A DNA stretch of 64,000 nucleotides from Mobula hypostoma (lineage: Eukaryota): positions 28,026,001 through 28,090,000 of the forward strand of contig NC_086109.1 in assembly GCF_963921235.1 (NCBI RefSeq), given 5' to 3'. The position numbers and the translations under genes were made by a program. Shown in pieces: positions 1 through 14,202 of the stretch. The notes beneath the pieces were generated by a model that was not told the origin of the DNA, did no database searches, and saw only the letters and a list, made by a program, of their open reading frames with translations. Numbering within the stretch: position 1 is the first letter of the stretch; every line of letters starts with the position of its first letter.

Positions 1-359
1 TCCCAACTAAAACATGACCTATGTGGCACAATGTCGTTTTGAAGATTTTGTTTTATCATTAACCCAATCTACTTAGTTCATAGTTTTAGTAGCAGATCCT
101 CCATAAGATTTATATACTTCTGAACAGAGGAGTCTGAACAAGAACAATGATGCCAAACGTTATCTAACACACATTTCTGGCACCACTTTGACAAAATTCA
201 TTTGTACTTACATGGCTTGCAAGTAGTGCAAACCACTTAGAGAGAAGGAAGACTTCACAGTATATGTGGGATCCGCTTCAGCAAAACTTAAAAGTGACCA
301 GCTTGATTAGATCCTTTATGTGGGGTCTAATGTCATACCAAATATTTTAATTCTGATTC

Positions 360-840
360 CTGCTTCAACATGCCAGTCCATGGCCTCCTCTTATGCCAAG
401 ATGAGGCTGCCCGTAAAGTGGAGGAGCAACACCTTTATATTCCATCTGGGTAGCCTCTAACCTGATGGCATGAATATTGATCATTTCTTCCAGTATTTTT
501 CCCTTCCTCTTCTCCTCTTCTATTTCCCACTCCGGCCTTTTACCTCTCCTCACCACCTGCCCATCACTTCCCCCGGGTCCTCTTCTACTTCCCTTTCTCC
601 TACGGTCCACTGTTCTCTCCTTCTTCTCCACCCGTTTATCTTTCTCATCCACCTGGCTTCATCTATTACCTTCTAGCTAGCCTCTTTCCCCTCTCCCCAC
701 CCCCACCTTTTTATTCTGGCATCTTCCCCCTTCCTTTTCAGTCCTGAAGAAGGGTCTTGGCCTGAAACGTTGACTGTTTATTCATTTTCTTAGATGCTGT
801 CCGACCTGCTGAGTTCCTCCAGCATATTGTGTGTGCTGCA
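360..840 (+). mobile_element. Penelope-like element 3' fragment (GIY-YIG C-terminus, pyrimidine-rich tract, hammerhead motif)
   Basis: Encodes EEQHLYIPSG/..PDGMNIDH-like remnant, then a C/T-rich tract, the hammerhead motif and the conserved tail GATGCTG..CCTGCTGAGTTCCTCCAGCA shared with other copies. Confidence 0.8.
739..776 (+). ncRNA. Minimal type I hammerhead ribozyme motif
   Basis: CAGTC-CTGAAGA-AGGGTCTTGGCCT-GAAA-CGT-T-GACTG: helix I CAGTC/GACTG, both core boxes, palindromic ACGT in place of helix III. Confidence 0.72.
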
Positions 841-2289
841 AATGCATACCCTTGTTGGGCTTGCCAACTCTCAATGTCTCTCAAGATCACAATTTCTTCC
901 CACTTGAGACTACCTTCCATCAAACCTCCACAATACAGATTTCTCTCTGAAATGAAAACCATCTCCTCCATCAACATCTTCAAAACTCATGACCTATCAC
1001 TTCCTCTGGAGCACAAAGGAATACTACCTTGAGTGTAAAGCTTTGTGTCATTGTAATAAAATATTTATGGGGGTGGGGCAAATAATTTCAACAAGCGCAA
1101 GGCAACTGCAGATCAGTTTAATGCAGCTTTACCGGCCATGATTTTTGTCTGGCTGGTGGAGACACTGATGACCTCTGAATCACACCAACATCTTCATTGA
1201 AATAAATGAATGCCTTCACTGAAATTATTTTTCCCTCTATTCCACACAGACTCACAATATGTTATGATACTTAAATATAGGAATTCACGTCCTATCTTTA
1301 AACTTAGTCCAACTCTTCCTTCTCAGACTATTGTTCATTCATTACTTTTGTTTCTTATAATTAAAACTGTTGTCACTGTGTATGTTGTTACTTACAGTAT
1401 ATTACATTTCAGCTCTTACTTAAAAATACTTCTTCCTAGTTAAATCATCCATCTACCAGTATGCATTTCAGAAATAACTCAGGAAGTCACCCCAGGCTAA
1501 CCCACACTTAACTCAAAGTATTCATTCCAACCTGTCATGATCCAGTCACACCCAGCAGTTTGATTACACCACAAAAATATTTTCTCATCCTGGTGAAGCT
1601 GATAAAAAACAGGATTTTCTGGTATCTTCAATCACCCATTTTCTAAATTAAATAATTCTTCCTTGACCTGCTGCTTAGAAATAGAACTGAGCTCCCATCC
1701 CTTGTACATGTACAATGACTGCTTTACATCTTCAGCTTTGCTGGTCAATTTCATAAAGAGACACCATCAAGAAACTGCAAAAAAATTTGTAACCTCTTCT
1801 TATTCTATAATATATTAAAATTAAGTATTAAAATACTCTGTATAAAATCTAGAAATTCTAACCTGAAATATTATTGCTCCATCTCACAACATTTTAACAT
1901 TCTTACAGAAACCTTTTCACTGAACATATTCTTTCATAGCATATTTCTGACACACAAAGCCAGAGGCCACTTGGTAAGTGCAATGAAAAATTCAGCATGC
2001 AACACTAAGTGACAATACTTGAAAGATCTTTTTCTCCCCACTTAAAGGTGACCTGCAAAGAGTGCAAGCCTCAAATGCAAAAACAGCTCTCAAAAGAGTG
2101 AATAGAATTCACCCAAGCTTATAACAGGAGTCTCCTTGTTGAACCTATAGCAAGTTAGACCTAATGCAGCAACTCTGAAGGCATTAATTTCATTGATGTT
2201 GGTATGCCTCAGAGGTCATCAGTGTGAGGCTCATTGTTATTTGTTATCAATAACAACAATGTGCATGAGAATGCACAAGGTATGGTATG

Positions 2290-2580
2290 TGTGCAGATGA
2301 CACCCAAATTTGTGGTGTCAGAGACAGTGAAGATGGTTATCAAGAATTATAGAGAGATCTTGATCAGCTGGGTAAGTGGGTCAAGGAATAGCAGGTAGCT
2401 TCATTCAGGTAAGTGCAAGGAATTGTGGTTTGGGAAGATAAATCAAGATAACTCTTTTACAGTGAACGTGAGGGCCCTGGGGAATGTAATAGAATAGAGG
2501 GACCTAGGAGTGCACGTTAATGGTTCTCTGTTAGCATAAGTAGATATAGTAATAAAGAAAGCACTTGACAGGCTGACCTT
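2290..2580 (+). mobile_element. Degraded CR1 RT fragment
   Basis: ADDTQI..RDLDQLGKW..RDLGV remnants. Confidence 0.65.
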
Positions 2581-2957
2581 CCAACTGGCTGTTGCTGCAA
2601 TAAAAACCAAATCTCATGACATATGTGAGTGACGATAAACCTCATTTTGATATGGGTCTCTACTGTGGACTGAAAGTAGGAAGGGGGCAGGGAGAGGGGA
2701 ATCATGGTTGGGAAAAGAGGAAAGGAGAGGGGAGGGAGTAAGAAGCACAAGAGAGACATTCTGTAATGATCAATACACCTATTGTTTGGAATCAAAGGAC
2801 CTTGTCTGGTGTCTCAGGGCTGGGTGTGTCTGCATCTGCACCACACCCTGCTCCTGGCACTCCTTCTCTGCCATCTGGAAGCTCTAACCTCACTATTCCC
2901 AACATCCTTAGCTCCTACCAGAATTACAACTCGCTCTCTGCTCCATATTGACAAATT

Positions 2958-3024
2958 CAGAACTGTGCAAAAGTCTTAGGCATCTGAGCTATATATATGT
3001 GCCTAAGACTTTTGCATAGTACTG
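2958..3024. mobile_element. Tc1-like miniature element (two inverted termini, almost no interior)
   Basis: CAGAACTGTGCAAAAGTCTTAGGCA ... TGCCTAAGACTTTTGCATAGTACTG. Confidence 0.7.
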
Positions 3025-3063
3025 TCTAATCAGCGACCTCCCAAAGTCCAACCCTAAGCGGAA

Positions 3064-3526
3064 ACTATAGAAAGGGGGCAGAGGAGATTTACAAGGATGT
3101 TGCTTGGATTGGGGAGCATGCCTTAAGAGAATAGGTTGAGTGATCTTGGCCTTTTCTCCTTGGAGCGACGGAGGATGAGAGGTGACCTGATAGAGGTGTA
3201 TAAGATGATAGAGGCATTGATCGTGTGGATAGTCAGAGACTTTTTTCCAGGGCTGAAATGGCTATCACAAGAGAGCACAGTTTTACGGTGCTTGGTAGTA
3301 GGTACAGAGGAAATGTCACGGGTAAGTTTTTTTTTACACAGAGAGTGGTGAGCGCGTGGAATGGGCTGCTGGCGATGCTGGTGGAGCCTTTTGGATAGGT
3401 ACATGGAGCTTAGAAAAATAGAGGGTTATGAGTGACCCAAGGTAATTTCTAAAGTAAGTACACGTTTGGCACAGCATTGTTGTCCAAAGGGCCTGTATCA
3501 TGCTGTAGTTTTTCTATGTTTCTATG
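3064..3526 (+). mobile_element. CR1 LINE 3' fragment
   Basis: LGLFSLERRRMRGDLIEVYKMI; TTCTATGTTTCTATG tail. Confidence 0.85.
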
Positions 3527-6500
3527 TCATCATCATGAGAGGTGGAAATGGGTAAGACTAGCCAGCAGGGCTCTGGGGAAGTTTTATAGTCCAATCTACT
3601 GTACAGTGGATGCAAGGAATTGCAGAGTCATTGATGAACTGCAACCATACCATCAACTTCAGAGGACGACGGAGATGGGATGTCTCAACGGCCTATGCCC
3701 CACTTAGGAGGCAAAGGCCCAAGTATAATGAAATTGTTAAACTGGCAAACTAATTTAGTATTGCCATATGTACTAGTTCTGCATACCATTCATTACAGTG
3801 TATTGGGGATAAAATACATAGTGTAGTCACTTATATCATGTTGAAATTGCAGTAACCAATTTATGAAAATGTGCTTTTAAAATAATAAATGTAATCACAA
3901 TCAGACCTTTTCATAGTAAATATTGCCATAAATATTGACTAGAAGGCAGGGAATTGCTCCACAGATCTTCTCTTAAATAACACAGGGCTGGAATATATTC
4001 TTTTCCCACTAAATAAACACATGACATTGGCAGGATGACCAGAACAAACTTTACTGAAATACACACAAAATAGCATCATATCCAGTTGGAGAGTTTGAAA
4101 CAAAAAACATATATAGCACAAAACATTCCTGTAATTTCAGAGTTAAGACTAAAACGAAGACCTACATTAAATCAAGAAAAACTTGTCAAACCGCAAGAAC
4201 TAGCATGACGCATCATCCCAAATCAGTACACAAAAGATCCAGTAAGTCCTTGAAGTAAATAGATATGGTATCCGACTGAAGCCTGTCTCCAACTCTTTTA
4301 TTTCACCCTTTATATGATATTGTTTCAGTGATATTATATTGTTTTAGAAGGAACAAAGAGAAAAAGTCTTTTAATTCCTGATTCAATACATCAGTTTTTG
4401 AGATGGACCTAAAGAGCCAGGCCTAACTCTACCCTTTTGTGAAGTGCGGGCAGGAAATAATTGATTGAGATTTAAAGATTAATTCGGGTCTGAGGATTTG
4501 ACAATAATATATTTCCTAATCAACATAATTAAATATATATAACCAGCTGTGCACAAATTACCTGCTGTCTCTCTTACGTAATAACAATGAGTGCACTTCA
4601 TTGGCTGTATTGCAAGCAACCATTCTGCTCACTGAGTATTCCACAAATAGGGGGAAATGACATTTTTGATGATAAACCTTTTATAATCTGTCATTGCTGC
4701 ATCTCCCATTGACAAAGTGTCTGAAGTTAATGTATGGAATGATTCCTAAATATTAATAAATGTGGAATCTAAATGCATTCTTTGTCCAGGCAGAAGGATG
4801 GTTTGTCATGCAGTGCATTATTTTATCATTAACGTGTTCTTTACTTTTGTTGTCATAAAGAATATCACCAATACAGCTCTAGCACATACTTGAAAACAAA
4901 TTTCAAGCTCTGATCTACTTAAAGATACAAGAGGATGGGACTAAAAATCAACATCCACAAAACAATTGTACTCTACTAAGTTGCTCCCATTTTACACACA
5001 GTTCACAGAGGAATCCTGGAAAATGTGGCCCACTTCTCAGGAGCCATGTCCTAGCAAAAACAGCTCACCAATGCCAACACAGCATTTAGCCAATTGACAA
5101 AAAAAGAGCATTTGAAGAATTAGACCACAGGCCTTGTATTAAATCCATGGTCTAACAGGCAGCAGCAATCCTATGAGCTTGAAATCTTGACTAACAACAG
5201 CAGCCTCCTCAAAATACTGGACAGAGAGATACCAGCAACATCATCGTGACAAAATCCTTCAAATTCACTTGATCAAAAGTAAACAAATGTCCCCTATCCC
5301 CAATATTAATAACGTACTGATATGCATTCAGTTACATTAGGCAAGCCAAGTTGTCCAATTAGAAATTATGTTCCGAGGTCAGCCATGGGAGTGGGGACTA
5401 GGCAGACAGGGAAAAAGGTTCAAGAATGTGTCCAAGGTCTCCCTGAGAGAAAGATACCATTAGCACCTATGAATATTCAAAATAGAGGTGCAGCTCTCTG
5501 GAACTTTAGTCCATATATTGTTAGCACACAGATGCCCCAAATAAGTGACAGATGTAATGCACTACATCACAAACTACCCTCCTGCCTAGCCCATCAAGTT
5601 TTTCCCCTTTAATCCGTGGAAATGTCTGGGATTCCCAAATTGGTCTTCGGTTACCTCAGAACTCACAGAAATGGAGAGCAAGCAAGTCATCTTCAATCCT
5701 AAGCAACTGCTGAAGGCAAAAACAACAGCGCCAAGAAAAAAGAGTTGCGATCTATCTAATGAAACCAGCCAATGAACAGTGAACATATTAGGACAACAAG
5801 CCATCCTTGATCACTGGCATTAAACACTCTGTATATTATCCTTCCCTTCAGAACTGAAGCCCAAGGTTCCAATGTACTTCCACAGAGGAAATATTTCCAT
5901 TCAGGGATCTTTTGGATTCCAAACTTCAGTAACCTCATACGAAGCCAATGAAGAAAGCTGAAAGGTTTTCAAATCACAGTATTTAAATTGGTCAACCCAT
6001 TGTGGTTGGAGAAATTATTTCCTCTGATGACAAATCCAAGGTGTGGGACATTTCAAGTGATGTCAGGGACTACATTTTACATAAAAGGTGATAGAAATCT
6101 AGAACAAGTTCTGAAAGAGTTTCAGAGGATGAGCTACCTTTTTTAAATTGAGTTCAATGGATTTTTATTAGCTAGGGTTAAGTAGTAATGGTATACATGG
6201 ATTTGAGGAATAGCTCAGCCATTAACTCATTAAATTGCGAAACAAGTTTGAACCGGTGAGATTTGCTTTTGTGTCTAATTTGTATAAACATTATAAGTTC
6301 CTTATCAATGTCCTCTTTTAATAAATCACAATTTATAATAAGCACACTAGTCAATAAAAGCAAATTCTTTACATTGGTATTTACTGACTGAATTGAGAAG
6401 ATGTAAGAAACATGAAAGACACTCTCTGGGCATTACTTAATATGTTTGCTAAAAGCAAGTGTTTAATGTCAAAGTGTGGCAGCAGTTCTCAGGTATTTGC

Positions 6501-6582
6501 TGTTTAAGTTGATAAATATTTCTCTTTTACCACCTCCTAATCATATGAAATCTACAAATTCTTTATTTGAATTAACCATAAC

Positions 6583-6793
6583 TACAGTTCAATCCCAGCA
6601 TTCTCTGTAAGGAGTTTGTACTTCCTCCTCGTGGAATATATGGGCTTCCTCTCACAGTCCAAAGAAGTACCGGTTAGTAGGTTAATTGATCAATGTAAAT
6701 TGTCCCATGTTTAGACTAAGGTCAAGTCTGGTGGTGCGACTCAAAGTGCCAGAAGGGTTTAACCTGTGCTTTATCTTGAAATAAATAAATAAA
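6583..6793 (+). mobile_element. V-SINE (tRNA-derived)
   Basis: B-box GTTCAATCC; V-domain-like GTCCAAAGA..GGTTAGTAGGTTAATTG; A-rich tail. Confidence 0.7.
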
Positions 6794-9700
6794 ATATTGT
6801 AATCTGAACCACATAATAATTTCACATGACTATATTTTACAGATGTCTTGAAACAACAGGTATTTGGAGTGAATCAAATATTATATAATTTCCTTTTTTG
6901 GCTTCATTGCTTCCCATTTCAGACTTATGCTGGTCACAGTCGACATGAAAGAGGAGGATGATGATAACGGAGGAAGCACTCTTAATTTTGATTGTGTAAC
7001 TTCACGCAAACATTTATGATTAGCAAATAGTCATACTTGACTGCATAATTCGAATGTTTTGCTCAAATTTTACATGCTCAGCTTTAAGAGAAACCTGAGC
7101 TTTTTGTTCATGGGGTACAGTATTTTCTTACTCTGCTGGGCAGTTAAAGGTAAATGGGTCTGACATAAATTTCTGGATTTCTTTTAATAACTTGAGAAAC
7201 ATTGACCCTTCCCTCATGACTTAGCCAAGATTAGGAAATTGCCATATGGCCAAATCCAGGAATTACTAGAGAACCTTAAAAGCTTTTCTCTAAGTATATT
7301 TAAAGCTGCCTCTGGGAAAAATAAATCTTCAACACTGAACATACAACGTTGCCTCCTTGCGGGATTTTTAGGGTACAATTGTTACTGCTTTCCACATGTC
7401 TCACTGCTTGTTATGTTTAGTTGAACATATATAAATACATGCATACATATATAGAATAGTGAAGTAACAGTTTGCTCTCAAATGCAGGGTAAAGGACAGA
7501 TATATTAAATACAGACAAAAGAGACTGGAGATGATGAAATCCAGAGCAACAATTTGCTGGTGGAACTCAGCCTGTCAATGAGTTGAGCCTGTTCCGATGC
7601 AGGGTTTTGACCCAAACACTGACCATTTCTTTTCCCTGCCCATAGACCCTGCTGGATCCAATTAGTTTGTCCAGCAGATTGTTAGTTTTAATTGCTACTC
7701 AGAAAATTGTAAAAACTGCAATAGAAAGGCTTGCAGTTACACCAGAAACTTGGGTTACTTTAGAAAATCTACGTATTTAAGATACAAACTCATGGAGGCA
7801 AACATGGAAGGCATTTTTGTGTAGAAAAAAAACTGGAGCAAAAAGATTTGTTCAGTTATTTTCTTAAATTAGTCAGTAGAGAAATGTTGTTCAGCATGCT
7901 GGACAAACTCTTTGGTTGATATATAAAAAAACTACTATTGGATTTTTAGTATCCCTTTCAAGGCAAGCCAGTTTCCATTTAAAATTTTAAACAAAGAATG
8001 CTGTTCATGTTTCATCTTTGGTTATGCGCTCAAATGCAGATTACCCGACTAAGAACAAGAAGATCAGAGCAGTGCTAACATTTTATAGAGCACTCACTGT
8101 GACTACTGGATCAGTCGTAAAAGAAAAGCTGCTCCTTTCTTGTACATCCTTTTCATAAGCTTATCATCTATCGCGGCCCCAAAGAATATGATACTGATGA
8201 AAAGGCCGCACCACTATTGTTTGTTATGGTTGCCTGGACAACAAATGCATCTACTGTATCAGGAGCTCCATCGTTTTCATTAAAATTCAGGGGAGAATTA
8301 AACTGCACTTTTATACATACAGAAGCTTCAAAAGACATCTAGCTGCTTTCAACATAAACAATATTGTAGGTTCTGGCCATTATTAGAGTATGACGAGACC
8401 AAATCTGTAGAAAAATTAAGCTATTTTAAACTTGTATAACAAGTTCCTCTCCGATTATTGCTATAGAAGACTGAAGACGCATACTTAACATTTTAAAAAC
8501 AACTTCTTCACATTTGGTGTCAGATTTCAAAGTTCAAAGTTCGAGGTAAATTTATTAACAAAGTACATAATGTATATCTCAACATATAGTATCCTGAGAT
8601 TCATTTTCATTCAGGCATTCAAGGCAGAACAAAGAAATACAACATAATTAATGAAAAACTACACACAAAGTCTGACACACAACCAATGTGCATACGATAA
8701 ACTGTGCAAAAAGTACCAAAATAAACAAGGAAATAAATAAAGAGTGCCAAGAATACAAGTTGTAGAGTGTTTGAAAGTGAGTCCATAGGTTGTGGAATCA
8801 ATGCAATGTGGAGGTGAGGGAACAGACAATGAACCTATGCACACTACCTCACTATTCTTGCTCTTTTTGAGAACAAAAATAGTGAGATAGAATTCATTAT
8901 TTTTTATATATATATATATTTCTATTGTAATTTATATTTTATATATTGTTTCATAATGCTACCACACAATAACATATTTCATGACAAATATCAGTGAAAA
9001 TAAACCTGATTCTGAAATTAATCTCTCATATAGAATGCATCCTTTCAAAAGAATCTTACAAATACAGCTATCTTTTCAGTCCACAAACATGCACGGAATA
9101 AAAAAAAATCAGAATTTTACAGGTAAACCAGCTAAGTGGGAATGCAGTTCAATTAATTCCACTTCACTCCTCTTAATCCAAAGTCCTGTAATAATTTTCC
9201 CTTTGTGTATATAACTAATTCTCCTTCAAAGAGGAATATTGAATTTGTTCAGAGTAACATACACAATACTGGAGTAATTGAGGATGTCAGGCAGAATGTG
9301 GAGGAAATAAACAGTTGACGTTTCAAGGTGAGACCCTTCATTGGGATATTTTGTGTCTTTTACTCTGAATTTCCAGCATCTGCAGAGTCTCGTGTTTATG
9401 TTTGTGTTTAATGAATTTGTTTCCCCATTATACAAGTGGTTTGCTCAGACAAGTTAGGCTGAAGTGCTTGTTTACACTCTAACACTGTGACTCTAAGTTG
9501 CTCTAAAACATTAACAGCAGTTTAACATAACAAACCTTCATACAACAAAAGATAAATTGCTGGAAGAATTAAGTAGGTCAAGCAGCCGATTGCATTTTTC
9601 AACAGATTATATCTTGCCCCAGATCCCAGCATATGCCACCTCTTGCGTCTCCTTTACTTCATATAATTTGACAAGAAGGACTCTTTACTTTTGGATTACT

Positions 9701-10089
9701 CATTCAATAAGGACTGCTGCATACATAGGGAATGAGAAGGGGGAAGAAAACTTTGATAAATATATCGAGGGCTTTTCAAATGCTGCAGCAGCTCATGACA
9801 ATAGTTCCACCTCCACAAGAAAACTTGTGATCTCCATACTTCTGCAACAATCCTTCAAGGCCAGATCTGAGAGACAGGAATAAGTCGTCATTTGCTGGTA
9901 CATCGACCAGATCAATCAACAAAATGTTCCTACATTAACATCACACAGCATGCAGTCTACAATAAATAAATTAGATGACTTAAGTATTGTGAGAAAGTGA
10001 TCTCAATTTGCCTCAGAACTCTTTGGTTCACATCCCTGAAAGAACAATTTGGTGGAAATGCAAGGCCTATTTCATAAATAAATATTCTT

Positions 10090-10365
10090 AGAGAGACAAG
10101 AGAGTGTAGATGTGGAATCTGGAACAACACATAAAGCTCTGGAGAAACTCAGTAGACCAGCAGCATCTCTGGAATGAAACTGGCAGTCAATATTTCAGAC
10201 TGAGACCCTTTATCTGGTCTGAGTCACACAGACCCAGTAGCATAGCCATGTGTCATTCCTGAGGCAGTCCAGATGAAGGATTCCAACCTGAAACGTCGAC
10301 TGTCCGCTTTCCTCTGTAGATGCTGCCTGAACTGCTGAATTCCTCCAGGATTTTGTGTTTTGCAA
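10090..10365. mobile_element. Inverted pair of short Penelope-like ends with degenerate hammerheads
   Basis: Minus copy 10090-10222 and plus copy 10265-10365 (CAGTC-CAGATGA..GAAACGTC-GACTG; core U changed to A). Confidence 0.65.
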
Positions 10366-13300
10366 ATAAATATTCCTGCCCAGAAATTCAATTACACAAT
10401 ACCAATATTTCAGCAACACAGGTTTGAACATCAGCTTTTCTTCTGTCTCAGAGTGGAATAGGGTTCCATTGGTTCTTGAATTGCAAATTTATCAGGGACT
10501 TCCAGTTGTGTACTGATAGCATATTTGGAGTATTTATTGAAGAAACACATTCAGGTGGCTCCGAAGCTCGATTGTTGTTGGGCACTCTCTGCTCAAGTGG
10601 GCTTTGATTTAAAGTGGAGTGTAGGGTGGTCTTAGCCAAAACTGGGAACATCATTCAGAGAGGTTCCTTTGCATTTATCTTCCTGACCAACTGTCATTCC
10701 CAGCCTCAAAGAAACTCGTCACTCTTACTTAGCCACTCTGTCTCACCAATCTTTCAACCATCACCTTAAATTCCCAACGGAACAGCCCTACCCATGTCCA
10801 GTGTGGCGCACATGCCTATCAACGCTGATGACCAACACCAAATTCTTGACCCAACTCCCTTTCCGATCACCAGCCTTGCTATCCCTCCACATCTTTTGCT
10901 GTTTGTTAATCTGGCCCCAAAAGCTCTGATGAATTTCCAGACCCATTGCCATTACTAATGAGTCATTTTAATATAGCCAATTGGGTTGAATATTATCTAG
11001 TTAATTGAAGCAATGTTAAAATACATTGGTTACTACTTGTCCTTCTACATTTTGAGAACACCACTATAGTGCACAATTTCTGAGCAAGTGGACCTTAGTT
11101 GGTGGTAGAAGGTCCTGATGAAGAAGTTTTTCAAACAAACGAAAACACACTCATTGGACAAAGCTAATAGGAAGTAAATGAGTTCAGATGAAGAAGCTCT
11201 ATCTGCTGCCCATTTCAATTATGCATCGGCTGCCTGACCTACTAAATTCCTCCAGCACTTTGTGTTTTGCTTGAAGTGAACATTTGATTCAACTACTGCA
11301 TCAGAAAACTCAGGGGAAGATCGAAATGCAAATCACTAGAATCTTCTTGCAAACTGCGAGCTGCATAAGATTGCTCCATTAAGAAATGAAACTGTAAACA
11401 ACGGTGATAGTTGGGAACAGATTTATTTTATTACGGAAGCATTTGTTGCTTGTCAGAGAGTAACACTTGTCCAGCTTGTGTGTCTATCATGCAGCCACAT
11501 GGGAGACGATACACCACTAACAGCTGACATCTGGCTGAATTAGAGCTAGGATTGTTTCAAGCCTTAATTCACCCAAGGTTAAATTCAAACCCTTGGGATG
11601 GACACCAGATTCCAAAGACACACAACAATATGCTGTAAAACATTCAACAAATTAATGACCTTTAAACAAACAATTCCCTGAGGAAAAGCAAAAATCTATA
11701 GGTTGTGCAGAATGACATTTCTTTCAGAACTAGCACTTGGTTATCATGATCTGTTTCAACTCAATTTAATGAAATGAATTTTAAGTACTCAACACAAAAT
11801 ATGCATGATTATCAGAAAATGGGAGTACAATATATTAGCATCGTGTTATGGCATTCAATGGTTAGGAGAATACCAAATACCGTCTTCATTAAAGGTGTTC
11901 ACACGTCTTTAATAACTGTGAGCTCATTTCTGGCAGTTGAGTCCAATACATTATGTGACCCAGAGACAGTAATCTCACCATGAAGGGACATGGGCTGGCA
12001 AGGAAACTAGAACAATCCCATAGTTGCAGTTAGGGGAGTATTCATCTAATGTCAGAATGAAGTACATTATTGGGTACTGAGTAGGCAAAGCTTGACTCTG
12101 TATCTGGTCATGTTAAACGTGATAATGTTAATTACTGATACTGGATGCTAAAATTAGTTAACTTCTGGCACAAAATACTCTTCAGCCAGATCACTGGGAA
12201 ATAAGATTGCAGACCTTGTTGCAACACTGGATAAATCCGCTGAATGTGCAAATTCAGTAGAAAATAGGATAACAGCACACCTATGTTAGCAAGGTGGAAG
12301 TGTGATTATAGCACACATATGCTAGTGCAATTGAAAAATAAACATTTTCAGTTAGAACTTTAACTTGGAAATTTTTTCCACACTTAGGAAGTGTGTTAGT
12401 ATTGTCTCGAGCTAAATTTTCTCTTTCCCAGTTCTTATGAACTTACAGATCTGAAACTTTAACTGTTTCTCCTTCCACAGACACTGCCTTACCTGCTGAA
12501 ATTTTCCAGTACTTTCTGGTTTGAATCCAGATTTTCAGCAGCTGCAGGTGTCATCTTTTGATTTTGTTTAATGTTAATATTGAATTTGCATGGGATGCCC
12601 CCGTGCAACATCACAGAGATACCCCGTGCAACCAGTTTCTTGCAAGGACAAGGAATCATAACCTTTCACTTGAAAAACTGCACAACTGCACTTCAAGGTC
12701 TTTCACTTGAAAAACTGCACAAAGCATTTCCTTTGCTTGTTTTACCTTATGCCACTGAAGAGCTTAGAGAGAAAATAAGGAGAACACAGACTGTGAGGAG
12801 GTGGGGTGTGCTAAATCAAAAATGAAATAGTAGGATTGAAGTCAGGGAATAGGAAGGTGGTCGAATAGTTTATTATTAAAGGTGGTAGAAATGGGAAGGA
12901 GGCAAAAAATATAAATGCCTTAGAATGGCTTTTCACATGCACATAAACCTGGAGAGACCAGAATAAATTTGAAAAACTGCACTCTTTAGGGAAATGGGAT
13001 CCAATTATTAAATTTGATATGGTTTTAGATTAAACTCCTTAACGTACAAAAAAGTTACATTATAGAAGCTTCCTATTCACTTTGAATTTAATTATCTCAG
13101 CAATTCTATATAAACATTACAACAGTATAACGTTCCAAACTTCACTAGTACAGGGATAGGCCACTTTGCTTTGTTTAGTTTGGGTGATCTCTATCTGTTT
13201 TCTGCTAACACAACTGACCACGATTCCATTGATTTCTTCATTGAACAAAAGTTGCATTCTTGAATTTTCAACCAACTCGCAACTGAAGCTTTTTCAAAGA

Positions 13301-14202
13301 AGGTTCACGATATCCACTGCCATTTGGTGCAAAGGCCTGCAAGATTTCACTCCAGGAAGATCAGATCTAAATTTTGAGAAAGATATCCTGACTTCCCTCA
13401 GTCTAGTAATTTCATTGCATTAAAAATATGCTGTCATCATTTATTAACCCCCGAAACAGAAGGAAAATCAAACCCAACCTCATAAATTAAACCCTCATTC
13501 ACTGACTCTTACTCATTAAACAACTCATCTTGCAGGTGTGATGTAAACTGTTTTACATTGATTTCAAATCACTGGAGAGATAGTAATATCTGTTATGTCC
13601 AAAGAAAATGCTTCCATTGCATTTCTGAACTGTAGTATGCAAACACTTCCAAAATTTTAATCTGATGACATTTGCCATTTATTTTTTCTGGAACTAAATT
13701 ATAATATTTAATTAAAGACTTAATATTTATTTTTAAACCTTGATAAATCTATTGGTTCCTTCAATTAGGGCTCTGCATTTATTATACCTTCAATGTTTTC
13801 TTTCATACTATGTTGCTCCAAATGTACCCATTTGGCTATTTAGCATTACCTCATCTGCAGCCAACTACATCCATAATTGGCATACAGAAATTTCCTTTAA
13901 CAAATCAGCTCTTTCCTCAACACACTGCATATTATCTACTTTACTCTGGTCTCATCAGCAGAATTACCAATTTACATTTAAATTGATTTGTGCTACTTCT
14001 TGCAACCAATGAACCGTACTGGGATCAATATCCCCACCCTCCCACTTCTTGGCCCATATATGGAAAAAAAAATCTGTAAAGTTCAAAGCCAATGATCTTT
14101 TCATCCAATCTGCCATTTGGAATTTAATTAGGTTCACTTTAATTTCCATTTTTGTACTGGCATATAAAGCAAATCTGACTGAATGCAAATAATTTATTTT
14201 TG

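Noticed and set aside
6923..7019. Acceptor-like site followed by a short acidic frame
   Set aside because: Only ~30 codons, no donor and no homology.
11112..11146. CTGATGA...GAAA as a hammerhead
   Set aside because: No stem II or helix I complementarity; at most a decayed Penelope end.
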